64,000 bases of DNA, from the NCBI GenBank assembly GCA_950097015.1, contig CATNEN010000037.1, forward strand, positions 620,001 through 684,000, read 5' to 3'. The stretch's first letter is position 1. Every line of letters begins with the position of its first letter. The position numbers and the translations under genes were made by a program. The DNA comes from Macrostomum hystrix. Its lineage: Eukaryota > Animalia > Platyhelminthes. Below, in pieces: positions 1 through 16,400 of this stretch. The notes beneath the pieces are model-generated. The model was not told the DNA's origin and ran no database searches. It saw only the letters and a list, made by a program, of their open reading frames with translations.

Positions 1-503
1 CGGCAAGAATTTTAAGCTCTAAGATTAGTTTTGGCCCCAGAATCTCACACGATCTATAAGTGGGGCGAGCCAGCACAGACACTGCACAGGTGCTACAAAA
101 GCTTTACCGTAAATTAGTTGTTCTCATGACTATGAGATTATCATGAGACTATGGGAGCTTATCCCAGTCAGCTTATCCCATGCCTAGACCCGGAGCAGAT
201 TAAGCCCTTTTGCGCTAGTCTTTCTCATCTTTATCATATTTTAATTTTCGTCTACAAAAGAATTTCAATATCTTGTCACCTGACTATATTAGTATTTGAG
301 CACACGCGAAGTCCAGAAATTAGAGCAGAAAAATTGTGCAACAATCTAAAAAACTGACAACTGGCAGCACAGCAAATTCCACTCAATACAGCCAGAACAC
401 GCAAATCTTGTATTTAAACAAAAAATACAATTTCTTTGAGCCATTGGACCACGAGATAATATATAGTTTCTGCGACAAATTCTTGACTGGAAAATAACAG
501 TAC

Positions 504-1333
504 TCTACCCTCATCTGACAGTTGTCTACCCTCATCTGACAGTTGTCTAGCCTCATCTGACAGTTGTCTACCCTCATCTGACAGTTGTCTACCCTCATCT
601 GACAGTTGTCTAGCCTCATCTGACAGTTGTCTACCCTCATCTGACAGTTGTCTACCCTCATCTTCTGACAGTTCTCTACCCTCATCTGACAGTTCTCTAC
701 CCTCATCTGACAGTTGTCTACCCTCATCTGACAGTTGTCTACCCTCATCTGACAGTTGTCTACCCTCATCTGACAGTTGTCTACCCTCATCTGACAGTTG
801 TCTAGCCTCATCTGACAGTTGTCTAGCCTCATCTGACAGTTGTCTACCCTCATCTGACAGTTGTCTACCCTCATCTGACAGTTGTCTACCCTCATCTGAC
901 AGTTGTCTACCCTCATCTGACAGTTGTCTACCCTCATCTGACAGTTGTATAGCCTCATCTGACAGTTGTCTAGCCTCATCTGACAGTTGTCTACCCTCAT
1001 CTGACAGTTGTCTAGCCTCATCTGACAGTTGTCTACCCTCATCTGACAGTTGTCTACCCTCATCTGACAGTTCTGTACCCTCATCTGACAGTTCTGTACC
1101 CTCATCTGACAGTTCTGTACCCTCATCTGACAGTTCTGTACCCTCATCTGACAGTTCTGTACCCTCATCTGACAGTTGTCTACCCTCATCTGACAGTTGT
1201 CTACCCTCATCTGACAGTTGTCTACCCTCATCTGACAGTTCTGTACCCTCATCTGACAGTTCTGTACCCTCATCTGACAGTTGTCTACCCTCATCTGACA
1301 GTTGTCTACCCTCATCTGACAGTTCTGTACCCT
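504..1333. repeat. 21-bp minisatellite (tctaccctcatctgacagttg), ~39 copies
   Basis: Seen directly: near-perfect 21-bp periodicity with variants tctagc/ctgtac and one 3-nt insertion near 661. Confidence 0.97.
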
Positions 1334-2394
1334 AAATCGAAGCAGTCTAAAAATGACAGACTTCAACAGGTTTCAATCTGTAGTTTCAATAGACTGGGTA
1401 GGGATTTTCTTGGGTAGCTTTGGGCTTTGGGCGAAAGTCAAGGCTTTGTAGCGGATTTAAGGAAAAAATCCCAATTCAAATTCCCTAATTTAAATGTATG
1501 CGTGAGCAGCGATGGGTAAAGCTGGGGAGGGGGACGGATTGGGGACTGGGGAGGGTAGCGAAGGAAGTGACCAAAGCACGCCGAGTTGGAACACGAGTGT
1601 GCGACGGAACGGGAGGCTAATAAAATTGACCCAATCAGCTGCGCAATGTCAGAAGCCAAACCGTCATTAATGCCAGCTCAGCCACTCCCGATCACTTTTG
1701 CATCGTCTAAATGAGTCTCCGACGAGAATTTTTGAGCACTGGTCGACGCGTTCTCGCGGCCCTCTCTCCGCCCCGCTGCGGAGTAATTCCTGAGGACGAA
1801 TTGTGGGCGCCGAAAATAGGGGCAATGATGAGGATCTCGCCTTTTCTTCCCCCCTACTCAAAACTTGACCAGCCCGCCTCTATTGCCTATTTTTCTTCCC
1901 TGACCAGCGCGGAGGGCTCAAGGGTCATCCAATTTCCTCGTCATGAGATTATCCCCGAGATCCACAACCTGATGAGGAGTTTGTCCACCTAGAGGGATCA
2001 AATTCTTTGCAGCCAAATCCCTAACTAAATTGCAACCGAGTACTTTGATTTGCATCTGCTTTGCTTGCCAACTTTTCAACCTAAAGAGGAGCAGGCAAAT
2101 GGCAACAACTGTCAGTTGGGATTTAATCCCCTTTGGCCACCGCCGCCTTGGTCTCGCCTTACCGACCAAAGCCGCCTGATCTCCGTCCATCCCCCCCACA
2201 GCGCCCAGCCGATCCTCATCTCTGAGCCTTCCGAGGTCGGTCCTAATTCCCTGACATATGTCAAATGGAAATTAATGCAAATGATTTGTGCCTAGTTTTC
2301 TCTGCTTGGTAACAGTCACACATAGAACACTTGAATTGTAGCAATTGGCTCCGTCCGTGATCTTTGCCTCGATCTCTCCGGTCCCTATGTTACA

Positions 2395-3295
2395 TTTCTC
2401 CCTCTTTCTCTCTACCTGAGATCTCTCCCTCTTTCTCTCTACCTGAGATCTCTCCCTCTTTCTCTCTACCTGAGAGCTCTCCCTCTTTCTCTCTAATCTC
2501 TCCCTCTTTCTCTCTACCTGATATCTATCCTCTCTCTACCTGAGATCTATCCTCTCTCTACCTGAGATCTATCCTCTCTCTACCTGAGATCTATCCTCTC
2601 TCTACCTAATATCTATCCACTCTCTACCTGAGATCTATCCTCTCTACCTGAGATCTATCCTCTCTCTATCTGATATCTATCCTCTCTCTACCTGATATCT
2701 ATCCTCTCTCTACCTGATATCTATCCTCTCTCTACCTGATATCTATCCTCTCTCTACCTGAGATCTATCCTCTCTCTACCTGAGATCTATCCTCTCTCTA
2801 TCTGATATCTATCCTCTCTCTACCTGATATCTATCCTCTCTCTACCTGAGATCTATCCTCTCTCTACCTGATATCTATCCTCTCTCTACCTGATATCTAT
2901 CCTCTCTCTACCTGATATCTATCCTCTCTCTACCTGAGATCTATCCTCTCTCTACCTGAGATCTATCCTCTCTCTATCTGATATCTATCCTCTCTCTACC
3001 TGATATCTATCCTCTCTCTACCTGAGATCTATCCTCTCTCTACCTGATATCTATCCTCTCTCTATCTGATATCTATCCACTCTCTATCTGATATCTATCC
3101 TCTCTCTACCTGATATCTATCCTCTCTCTATCTGATATCTATCCTCTCTCTATCTGATATCTATCCTCTCTCTACCTGATATCTATCCTCTCTCTACCTG
3201 ATATCTATCCTCTCTCTACCTGATATCTATCCACTCTCTACCTGATATCTATCCTCTCTCTACCTGAGATCTATTTTCTCTCTACATGAAATCTC
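2395..3295. repeat. 22-bp minisatellite (tacctgagatctatcctctctc), with 27-bp units at the left end
   Basis: Seen directly: 22-bp period (e.g. 2581 to 2603), gagat/gatat variants; units at 2413 and 2440 are 27 bp apart. Confidence 0.95.
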
Positions 3296-4129
3296 TCCAT
3301 CCGTCTTCATTTCTATCAATCGAAAAATACAAAAATGTATATTTAAAAGCAAGCCAAAATTATATCAGCCACACATTGCTTAGGAAAGAATAACAATGAG
3401 AAATGGGAAATTGTGGCAGACTTTGCCAGAAAGGCAAAGAAACGCTTGGGAGTAATGACAAGACAACTTGCGAAGGAGGGCAGCTGACCCGCTCCGAGGG
3501 TCGGGCCGTCTCACACGCTTCGAAAATGTCATAGGAGTTTATTTTAACTGTCCGCAGAGAAAGTTTTATCGGTATATTAGAAAAACAGCATCAATATCTA
3601 TCAAGTAACCCACCCCTACTCCGTCGCCTTCCAATGGCGAATAACTTCTCGCCGCGTTATTGTTGTTGTTCGCCTTTTCTCCCTATATGCGAAAAGAATG
3701 GGCAGACAAATTATTGTAATTCCGTTGCGGGTCCGGCTTTGTTGACACAGCGTGGTCGGAATGGCTTGTGGGAAGTATGACCTGCGTGTGTGTGGCTTCG
3801 TGTTTGACAAGCCGGGAACACTTGTTCCGTCCAGAAAATGTTTAAGATGAAAGAAAGAGAGAGAGAGTCAGCAAATCAAGACTTGTTTTCTTTAGGAAAG
3901 TGGGATATATATATGTATCCTTGGACAGACCTGTCACCTGTTGCCTTGGTCATTTTGCAGAGTCACGACACTAGCTCTCATGCCGATAGTTCGCTCCTGG
4001 TGGTCTATTATCACCCTCTACTATATTTAATCTTATCTTATCTTCTACAGAGTCTAATCTCATTATCACACAGAGTCTAGATCTCATCACATTCAGTCTA
4101 ATCTAGTTACACAATCTCATATAATCTCA

Positions 4130-5465
4130 TCGCTCATTAGCTAGTCGAATCTCACTCATTAGCTATAGTCGGATCTCACTCATTAGCTATAGTCGGATCT
4201 CACTCATTAGCTATAGTCGGATCTCACTCATTAGCTAGCCGAATCTCACTCATTAGCTATAGTCGGATCTCACTCATTAGCTATAGTCGAATCTCACTCA
4301 TTAGCTATAATCGAATCTCACTCATTAGCTAGTCGAATCTCACTCATTAGCTAGTCCAATCTCACTCATTAGCTAGTCGAATCTCACTCATTAGCTATTA
4401 TCAAATCTCGTAGCTAGTCGAATCTCACTCATTAGCTATAATCGAATCTCACTCATTAGCTAGTCGAATCTCACTCATTAGCTATAATCGAATCTCACTC
4501 ATTAGCTAGTCGAATCTCACTCATTAGCTATTATCAAATCTCGTAGCTAGTCGAATCTCACTCATTAGCTAGCCGAATCTCACTCATTAGCTATAGTCGG
4601 ATCTCACTCATTAGCTATAGTCGAATCTCACTCATTAGCTATAATCGAATCTCACTCATTAGCTAGTCGGATCTCACTCATTAGCTATAGTCGAATCTCA
4701 CTCATTAGCTATAATCGAATCTCACTCATTAGCTAGTCGAATCTCACTCATTAGCTAGTCCAATCTCACTCATTAGCTAGTCGAATCTCACTCATTAGCT
4801 ATTATCAAATCTCGTAGCTAGTCGAATCTCACTCATTAGCTATAATCGAATCTCACTCATTAGCTAGTCGAATCTCACTCATTAGCTATAATCGAATCTC
4901 ACTCATTAGCTAGTCGAATCTCACTCATTAGCTATTATCAAATCTCGTAGCTAGTCGAATCTCACTCATTAGCTAGCCGAATCTCACTCATTAGCTATAG
5001 TCGGATCTCACTCATTAGCTATAGTCGAATCTCACTCATTAGCTATAATCGAATCTCACTCATTAGCTAGTCGAATCTCACTCATTAGCTAGTCGAATCT
5101 CACTCATTAGCTAGTCGAATCTCACTCATTAGCTAGTCGAATCTCACTCATTAGCTAGTCGGATCTCACTCATTAGCTAGTCGAATCTCACTCATTAGCT
5201 AGTCGAATCTCACTCATTAGCTAGTCGAATCTCACTCATTAGCTAGTCGAATCTCACTCATTAGCTAGTCGAATCTCACTCATTAGCTAGTCGAATCTCA
5301 CTCATTAGCTAGTCGAATCTCACTCATTAGCTAGTCGAATCTCACTCATTAGCTAGTCGAATCTCACTCATTAGCTAGTCGAATCTCACTCATTAGCTAG
5401 TCGAATCTCACTCATTAGCTAGTCGAATCTCACTCATTAGCTAGTCGAATCTCACTCATTAGATG
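4130..5465. repeat. 22/24-bp minisatellite (gaatctcactcattagctagtc) with a 404-bp higher-order duplication
   Basis: Seen directly: diagnostic variant tcaaatctcg at 4401, 4534, 4805 and 4938 (pairs 404 bp apart); homogeneous 22-mers from ~5050 to 5460. Confidence 0.95.
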
Positions 5466-6560
5466 GATCACAGACTTCAGTGATAGTTTGAGAAGGTCGA
5501 TCAGTGTCTCAAATGAAACCCAATGAGCATGAAAGAATGAGATGAGTTAAATTGGTTGCTAACCAACTGGATCAGGCTCTTAAAACTGTAGGATCACACG
5601 CTTTTAGACCAATAATTACCCCCCTTTCTTATTGTTATATGTTTTTTTCATCTCATAGCGCACGGGACTATATAGAAAAATAACTGTCGGCATTGTTTGA
5701 AACCCTCACTCAGCACTTCCTTATTCTCGATCAGAATAAAAAAGGCTAAATCTATCAATTTTCGCTACAGTTGCAGGCTCAGAAAACCATATCGCAGATT
5801 GTATAGAAACAGGTTGAAGTGTCTTTTGGTGGGTCGGTGGGGGGCAATTATATGCTGGTATAATACCATCTATAAACATGGAATCTATTTAACAGCAACA
5901 ATAAAATTATAATTATCATGTTGAGCCTGGCACTGTGCATGTATCGATGATTTTTTGGTTATGTAATATATGTAGAATCCTCTCTGATCAATCAATAATC
6001 TCTCGTGTTTCGATTTATACAGTCTGTAAAAAAATTATTTTAAAAGCCTAGATTTTTTCTTCCATAAAATCACAAGTTGCGCAATTAGTGAAACAATTGT
6101 AAGCATTTCAAGCAGCTTGTTTTCACGTTTCTCCAGCTGTCCACAGTTGTTTAAAAATCATTATCAACTATCAACATATAGCTTTTCTAAAGATTCGTGC
6201 CATTAATGAAATCGATGTTTCCTAGGTGGGAAATGTGAAAAATAATGACTATTTTACAATGAGTTATGATGAATGCATCTCTAAGAAGTTATAGTGAGCA
6301 ACAAATCTATTGTATTGTTAGACAGTTTTGTTATATATATACTCGTATATATCGTGTTCCATGTTGTATCTAAGGCGCTACATGTCTTGGATACAGTGGG
6401 ATAATTGTGAGATTGTGGCATTTTGTTCAGTTAGACCAACAACACAATATATGCAGTCACGAATATATATATTATTAAAACTTTTTCCTGTATGGATCTG
6501 CAACTTGGTTTCTGGCTATCAGAATTTGATATTGATACATCTGGGAGTGATTTTTGCATG

Positions 6561-9970
<3,410 letters not shown>

Positions 9971-12900
9971 GGATCAACGGAAGTTAAACTTCGATTTCAC
10001 TAAGTGGAGATTTTCTTAATAGAAAATTATTCGCTAGCCTGAGTCCAGTCGTCTGAAAGGAAAGTGTATTAAATATACAGTTGCTACGCTTTACTCTGCT
10101 GTCGTAATCAGCGGGGACCACAGGAGCGCTGGGCACGGGGCCGAAGGGAGACGGAAGGACTGAGAGAGGGACAGACGCATTGGCTGCGTAGCGTAGATTT
10201 GTGGGCCTGTTCAAAGCTGCTTACTGGCCTATAGCTGCCACAGCGATTGGCGAGACCAAAAAAAAATAAATAGGCCGCGCAGCGCTCTGTGCTTCTCTGT
10301 TAACAGTAAGTGCGCATGTTGTGTGTGCGCGTGTGAGTGAGTGTGTGTGCATGTGAGTGTATCTCGTGGCGTTTATTTTTGCAGAAGCAAAACAGCCAAC
10401 TACGATGTCATAATTATTTAATATATAGAGGAGCCATGTTCATATTGGAAACTGGAGTTTTTTATAACAAATTTTCTTTTCCTCGATTTACAGATCGTAG
10501 CATTGCTGCAGCTATCGTGTCTTCTGTGCATTGCAGACACCCTATCAACGGCCGTGTAAGAAAGTATGCGCTATCATTTGCAATTATGCTCGTACTAGGC
10601 CATGCCAGCTAGCTCTCAAAGATATACTAAGATCGATTTATCTCCATGTTTCGCTCTCACTATTTAATCTACTTGAACTCTACGCACCCTGCCAAAGATT
10701 TCATAGGCCACCCAAGTAAAAAACTGCGCATGATACTCTCACTCTCCGATGCGTGCGGTTTGCGTAGTGAAACATTTCTTTAGTGATTTTAATTGTGGCC
10801 CTTGCGCTTTCAGTGCTCGAAATGTGCAGCAAAAGCCAAACTATTGCCAGTGAGTAGGTTAGAAAAAGAGACACATTAGCTCAGCAAGTTGAGCTGTTGT
10901 CAAATGCGCAGTGTAATTTACGCGTAAAGTCATGCGGCCTATAGGAGCTACTGTGAGTGTAATTTAATTGCTCAAGGCTATACGCTTAATTTGTTGCACG
11001 TTTATCGCACAATAACATGATGATGTGAAATAACTGCTGAAAGGTCCGGTAGCGTCTACTATGCTACTATGAGTAGATAAGAAGGAAAAATCAAACTATA
11101 TTGTTCGAAAACTTTTCGAAAAGTGCAGATGATAATGCGTTGATGCGTGCGGATACCCAAATCGGGTCAGGCAGGACTATATTATGCCAAATATATATGT
11201 CCTGAGCACAACAACTACGATTTTAATTTTATTTGAAGACAACTTTTTATAGTATTATTTAAATCCAAGACTTGGCTGGCCAACAACCGCTGGACCTGAG
11301 CGACGTGACAACGGAAATTGACGGCCACATGGAGGCCCATGTGGCCGCAGCTGCCTCCGCGTATATGTACCTGTCTTTGCAGGTACTTCAGGTTCAGGGC
11401 AAGTTTAGCCTTTGCTCGAATATGGACATTGGCTCTGCACGCACAATAATGTTTTAATACAGACAAGTCCAATATATGCAAAGCTTTTAAATGTGAAATA
11501 TCGATTAAAACTTCAAAAAATCATTAAAGTTTTACTGCTTTACTTGTTCTGAATCTATGCCCCGCGTTGGAAAAGTTATGCACCTGGATTGCATGTGCAG
11601 GCATAAAAGGTGAGCGAGGTGTACAATATAGAGGCACTTAAAGCGGCATATTTCGTGCATATATATTGGAAATGCACCTGAGTGCACCTTTTATGGCGAA
11701 ATGTCACCAATAATTTTGAAAAGAGGCATGAAAGGTGTATAATAGGCGAAGTGGTCAGGCATTATGGGAATTCTCAATTTATATTGGTTGCAGCGGTAGG
11801 GGCAGTAAAGGTGCGAAGTGGCGCTGGATCTAGGTGCAGAAAGGTGAACGGGAGTGTCACAAATGAGGCCCGGCAGGTGTAAAGCTGGGGGTGCTGAAGG
11901 GGCGCTGAAAGCGCATAAAATATAAATGAGAGGTGCATAAAGGTTGTACATGAAAGGCGTGAATTGGTGCACTGGAGGTGCATTGCAGGTGCACGAAAGG
12001 TGTATTTAAAGTGACTTAAAGGCACGAAAATTTTCACTTTTAGCTGCATTGCAGCTGCTTCAAGCTGTTCGTCCCCGGCCTGTTAGTATTATAGGGACGC
12101 CTATCTTTGAAACGTAAAGCCGGTGAAGTTAAATCGATGCTTTTCTTACGATATTTGTATCGATCAAGATTTTAAACTTAGTTTTCTGAGAATAGGACAC
12201 GTCATTTAACTGTATTACATAAATTTTATGTTAAATGTTTTCGTCCATACACTTTTTCATTTCTTGCTGCCAATTGAGATCATTATCTTGTATTGTCATT
12301 GTGTTATCATTTTTACCTATTTTATCAGTAAAATGTTCTACTTCTCTATCCAATAAGCAACGCAAAACAAGGTGTCCCTGTCAGCGTCACGCGCCGTCAC
12401 GTTGTGTATAACAGGGTATCGTGTATGCAGAATCAAAATTAATATAGAACGAACAACCAAGTCTTCTTAGTTTATACTCTTGTACAAATGTTTCAGCCTT
12501 GCAAAAATTCTAACTCTTTGGACACAGCTGAACAAAGCTAGCTAGTTGCTCTACATCTAATCTAACCAGCTAGCTACATCATTTAGCTTTTGTGCTCGTT
12601 TAAGAATTTAGCTATGGTAGCTAGTTCACATAAGTTATGAGGCGAATTAATTAAATATAAATCTTCTTTTCCAACAATTGTGGAAAGCTTTAAGAAGCCC
12701 CTTTTAAAATATTATATTTTTTAATACTTCATGTTTTTAACTAGCCATCTTAGTTTCTTCTAAATAATAAAGTTTGCTCTTCTTCCTTAGAATTAAATTT
12801 ATTGTATATTAAAAGAGTAATTAGAACATTTTTGTTTTTGTCTATCTTAGTGTAAAGTAACATATGTATACATAAAACTATATTTATATGTAAGTTACTT

Positions 12901-13434
12901 CATAGCTGCTCATAGCTTGCTTTATTGCTTTGTAAATTTTAAGCCACATTAAATAATTTAACTTTAAATGTGATTCATTATTTAGTTTTTAAGCTTATAC
13001 TTTTAGGTGTGGTGGCGATGATGCATCATATAAAACAAGTTTTTCTATTTAGTAGTTTAAATTATAATTTTGCAAGGTAGTCTCTGACAAAGATAGCAAT
13101 TAGAGTATTAGCTTGTATAATTGTATCATGTAAGCTTTCTAAATTGTTCAGCATCATAAAAATATTACTATAAATTCAATTTGGTTATCTAAATTTTACT
13201 TTAGCAACAAACCAAAAATTTTATTTAGGCTTCTAATATTTTAGCTATTATTATGTTTTTGGTTTATTAACACTTGTTTTAATAGTGTTAAATTTTGGTT
13301 CTCTTTAATATTTGCATTTTTCTAAATTCCTACATTTCAGCAATTTTGCAGTAAAATTGCATCTGGCATTTCACTCATAATAGTTATATAAAAAGGAAAA
13401 ATTGCTAATCAATAAATTATAACACAATATTGAA

Positions 13435-16400
13435 ATGGGCATGGAGACAAGCCTGCTAGTTCTAATTGCTTTTGTGTCAGTAGTGATTTTCCTTCTATTT
13501 GGTCTGTTAATCTTTGTTTACATCATCACTAAGCCCTATCCAAACCTGGAGGTGTCAGCTGAAAGTGAGCGATATTTTTACAATGCCAAGACCGACTCTC
13601 AGGAGAAATTTCCATCTATCAAAGACAAGGCCACAGTTACTTTGTCAGTCATTGTGCCTGCCTACAGAGAGGAGAAACGGCTTGGCCGCATGTTAGACGA
13701 GGCATTGCCGTACCTGGAGGCCAGGAAGGCTCGAGATCCCGGATTCTCCTACGAGGTGATTAAAGCTATGCTTTTGATTCTCAGATTCGACAGATTTTTA
13801 GATTGATCAACTGATTAAGCTCTCCAGATACCCAGATTGATCGACCCATTAATCCTTCCAATCCTCAGATTGATCAATCGGTTAATCCTTCCACATCTTC
13901 CGATAAAAAATAGTTTAACCCTTCCAGATACTCAGATTGATTAATCGTCGATTAATCCTTCCATAGCCTTAGATTGATCAACTGGTTAATCCTTCCAAAT
14001 CCTCCGATTTATCGGTTAATCCTTCTACATCTTCCGATTAACCAATCGTTTAATCCTTCTATATCCTCAGATTCCTCAACGATCCTCAATCGTCGATTAA
14101 TCCTTCCATTGCCTTAGATTGATCATTCGGTTAATCCTTCCAAATCCCCAGGTTGATTAATCGCTTAATCTTTCGAAATCCTCAGATTAATCAACAGGTT
14201 AATCGCTCTTGATCCTCAGATTGGTTGTTCCCCAGGTATATCTGATTAATCGGATAACACCCGAGTTCTCAGATTTACATCACTTTTCTACGCCTTGACC
14301 CGCAGGTGATCGTTGTAGACGACGGCAGCGACGATGCTACGGACCGGGTTGCTTTGGACTACAGCCGGCGCTCCGGCTCCGATCGTCTCCGACTCCTAAA
14401 ACTGGCACGCAATCTCGGCAAAGGAGGCGCCGTACGGCGCGGCATGCTGTCCGCCCGCGGCCAGCGGCTGCTGTTCGCCGACGCCGACGGAGCCACGAGA
14501 TTCAGCGACTTGGACCGCTTGGAGCGCGAGCTGAACGACTGCACCAACGGTGAGATGGCTGATCTAGATACCTGTGGAATACCGGTAGCTGGTCCAGATA
14601 CCTGTTGGAATACCGGTAGCTGGTCCAGATACCTGTTGGAATACCGGTAGCTGGTCTAGATACCTGTTGGAATACCGATAGCTGGTCTAGATACCTGTTG
14701 GAATACTGCAGACACCTGTTGGAATACTATAGTGTTGGAATACCGGTAGCTGGTCCAGATACCTGTTGGAATACCGGTAGCTGGTCCAGATACCTGTTGG
14801 AATACCGGTAGCTGGTCTAGATACCTGTTGGAATACCGATAGCTGGTCTAGATACCTGTTGGAATACTGCAGACACCTGTTGGAATACTATAGTGTTGGA
14901 ATACCGGTAGCTGGTCCAGATACCTGTTGGAATACCGGTAGCTGGTCCAGATACCTGTTGGAATACCGGTAGCTGGTCTAGATACCTGTTGGAATACCGA
15001 TAGCTGGTCTAGATACCTGTTGGAATCCTGCAGACACCTGTTGGAATACTATAGTGTTGGAATACCGGTAGCTGGTCTAGATGCCTGTTGGAATACCGAT
15101 AGCTGGTCTAGATGCCTGTTGGAATACCGATAGCTGGTCTAGATACCTGTTGGAATACTATAGTGTTGGAATACCGATAGCTGGTCTAGATGCCTGTTGG
15201 AATACCGGTAGCTGGTCCAGATACCTGTTGGAATACCGGTAGCTGGTCCAGATACCTGTTGGAATACCGGTAGCTGGTCTAGATGCCTGTTGGAATACCG
15301 GTAGCCGGTCCAGATACCTGTTGGAATACCGGTAGCCGGTCCAGATACCTGTTGGAATACCGGTAGCCGGTCCAGATGCCTGTTGGAATACCGGTAGCCG
15401 GTCCAGATACCTGTTGGAATACCGGTAGCTGGTCTAGATGCCTGTTGGAATACTGTCGAGATAAACATCTCTCCATAATATTTATAATTTATGTCTTAAT
15501 TTTCAGTTGCTCACCCAGATTTATTCTACATTTGTTTGTTCCCGCAATGCTGCACTCCAGCTCACTTAGCATTCTGATTCCCATAGAATTCCACACCGCA
15601 GTGTAATATCACTTTAAATTTACGCTCGTACTTCTCTCAGCATTCGCTCCTCCCATAGACACCCCTTACTGTACCCTCCATCGTTCTAGCTACACTTAAA
15701 TATACTAAGCAAAGATCTTTCTCAGACTTACGTCTCATAATTCAACCACAGCATAAATAACAATAAACATTCTTTCCTTAACGGAAATCTTACATTATTT
15801 CCTAAACGGAAAGTTGGTAGCAGAGCGTGGTTATGATGGTTAACACACGCACACGCGCGACTTCTGAGTCCGCCACCGCTGCAAGCGACTCATCCTCCAA
15901 CCAAGCGATGGCAACCAGCGGCGTAGCAGCAAATTCGACATCCTCTGCACCTGCCCCAGTGCCCACCGGCGCATCTCAAGCTGCAAGTGCTGACAGCATG
16001 CAGCAACTAATAGGTCTGATGGTGTCGATGATGCAGCAACAGATGCAGATGCAGCAGCAAAATCAGCAGCTAATCTCGCAGCTGCAGACAGCTCATTCAC
16101 AGTCAAATACAGAGAGCAACTCCACTTCCGCCCGACAGCAAATTCAACGGCCATTTACTCACCTCAACGACAATGCCCTACGTTCCGTCCAACTACCTAA
16201 GTTCGACGGTGAGGACTTCGCCAGTTTCCCGACATTCTGGGACTCATTCAAATATCGTGTCGACAGCAGCAAGGGCTTGTCCGACGTGGACAAGTTCGAG
16301 ATACTCCGCGGCCTACTAACAGGAGCAGCTCAAAGAAAACTCAGTGGCCTGGATGCGTGCCGGCCAGGAGCCTACGAAGAAGCACAGCGAATCCTCGAAC

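Noticed and set aside
1440-2300. Possible decayed LINE endonuclease fragment on - (ILIIAPIFGAHNSSSG, KILVGDSF resemble GDFNAH)
   Set aside because: The resemblance is weak and split across frames with many stops; it cannot be supported without a profile search.
3616-3810. TKPHTRRSYFPQAI resembles the C-terminal SFFPxAI motif of L2/Rex-type LINE ORF2
   Set aside because: A single short motif with no upstream RT similarity and no clear tail.
11272-11457. SAYMYLSL resembles ferritin helix A (SAYLYLSM / ASYVYLSM)
   Set aside because: The ferroxidase Glu context and the remaining helices are absent; no joinable exons.
12094-12379. Short imperfect inverted repeats (agggacgcct ... aggtgtccct) suggesting a MITE
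   Set aside because: Only ~10 bp, no matching TSD, and a single copy in the window.
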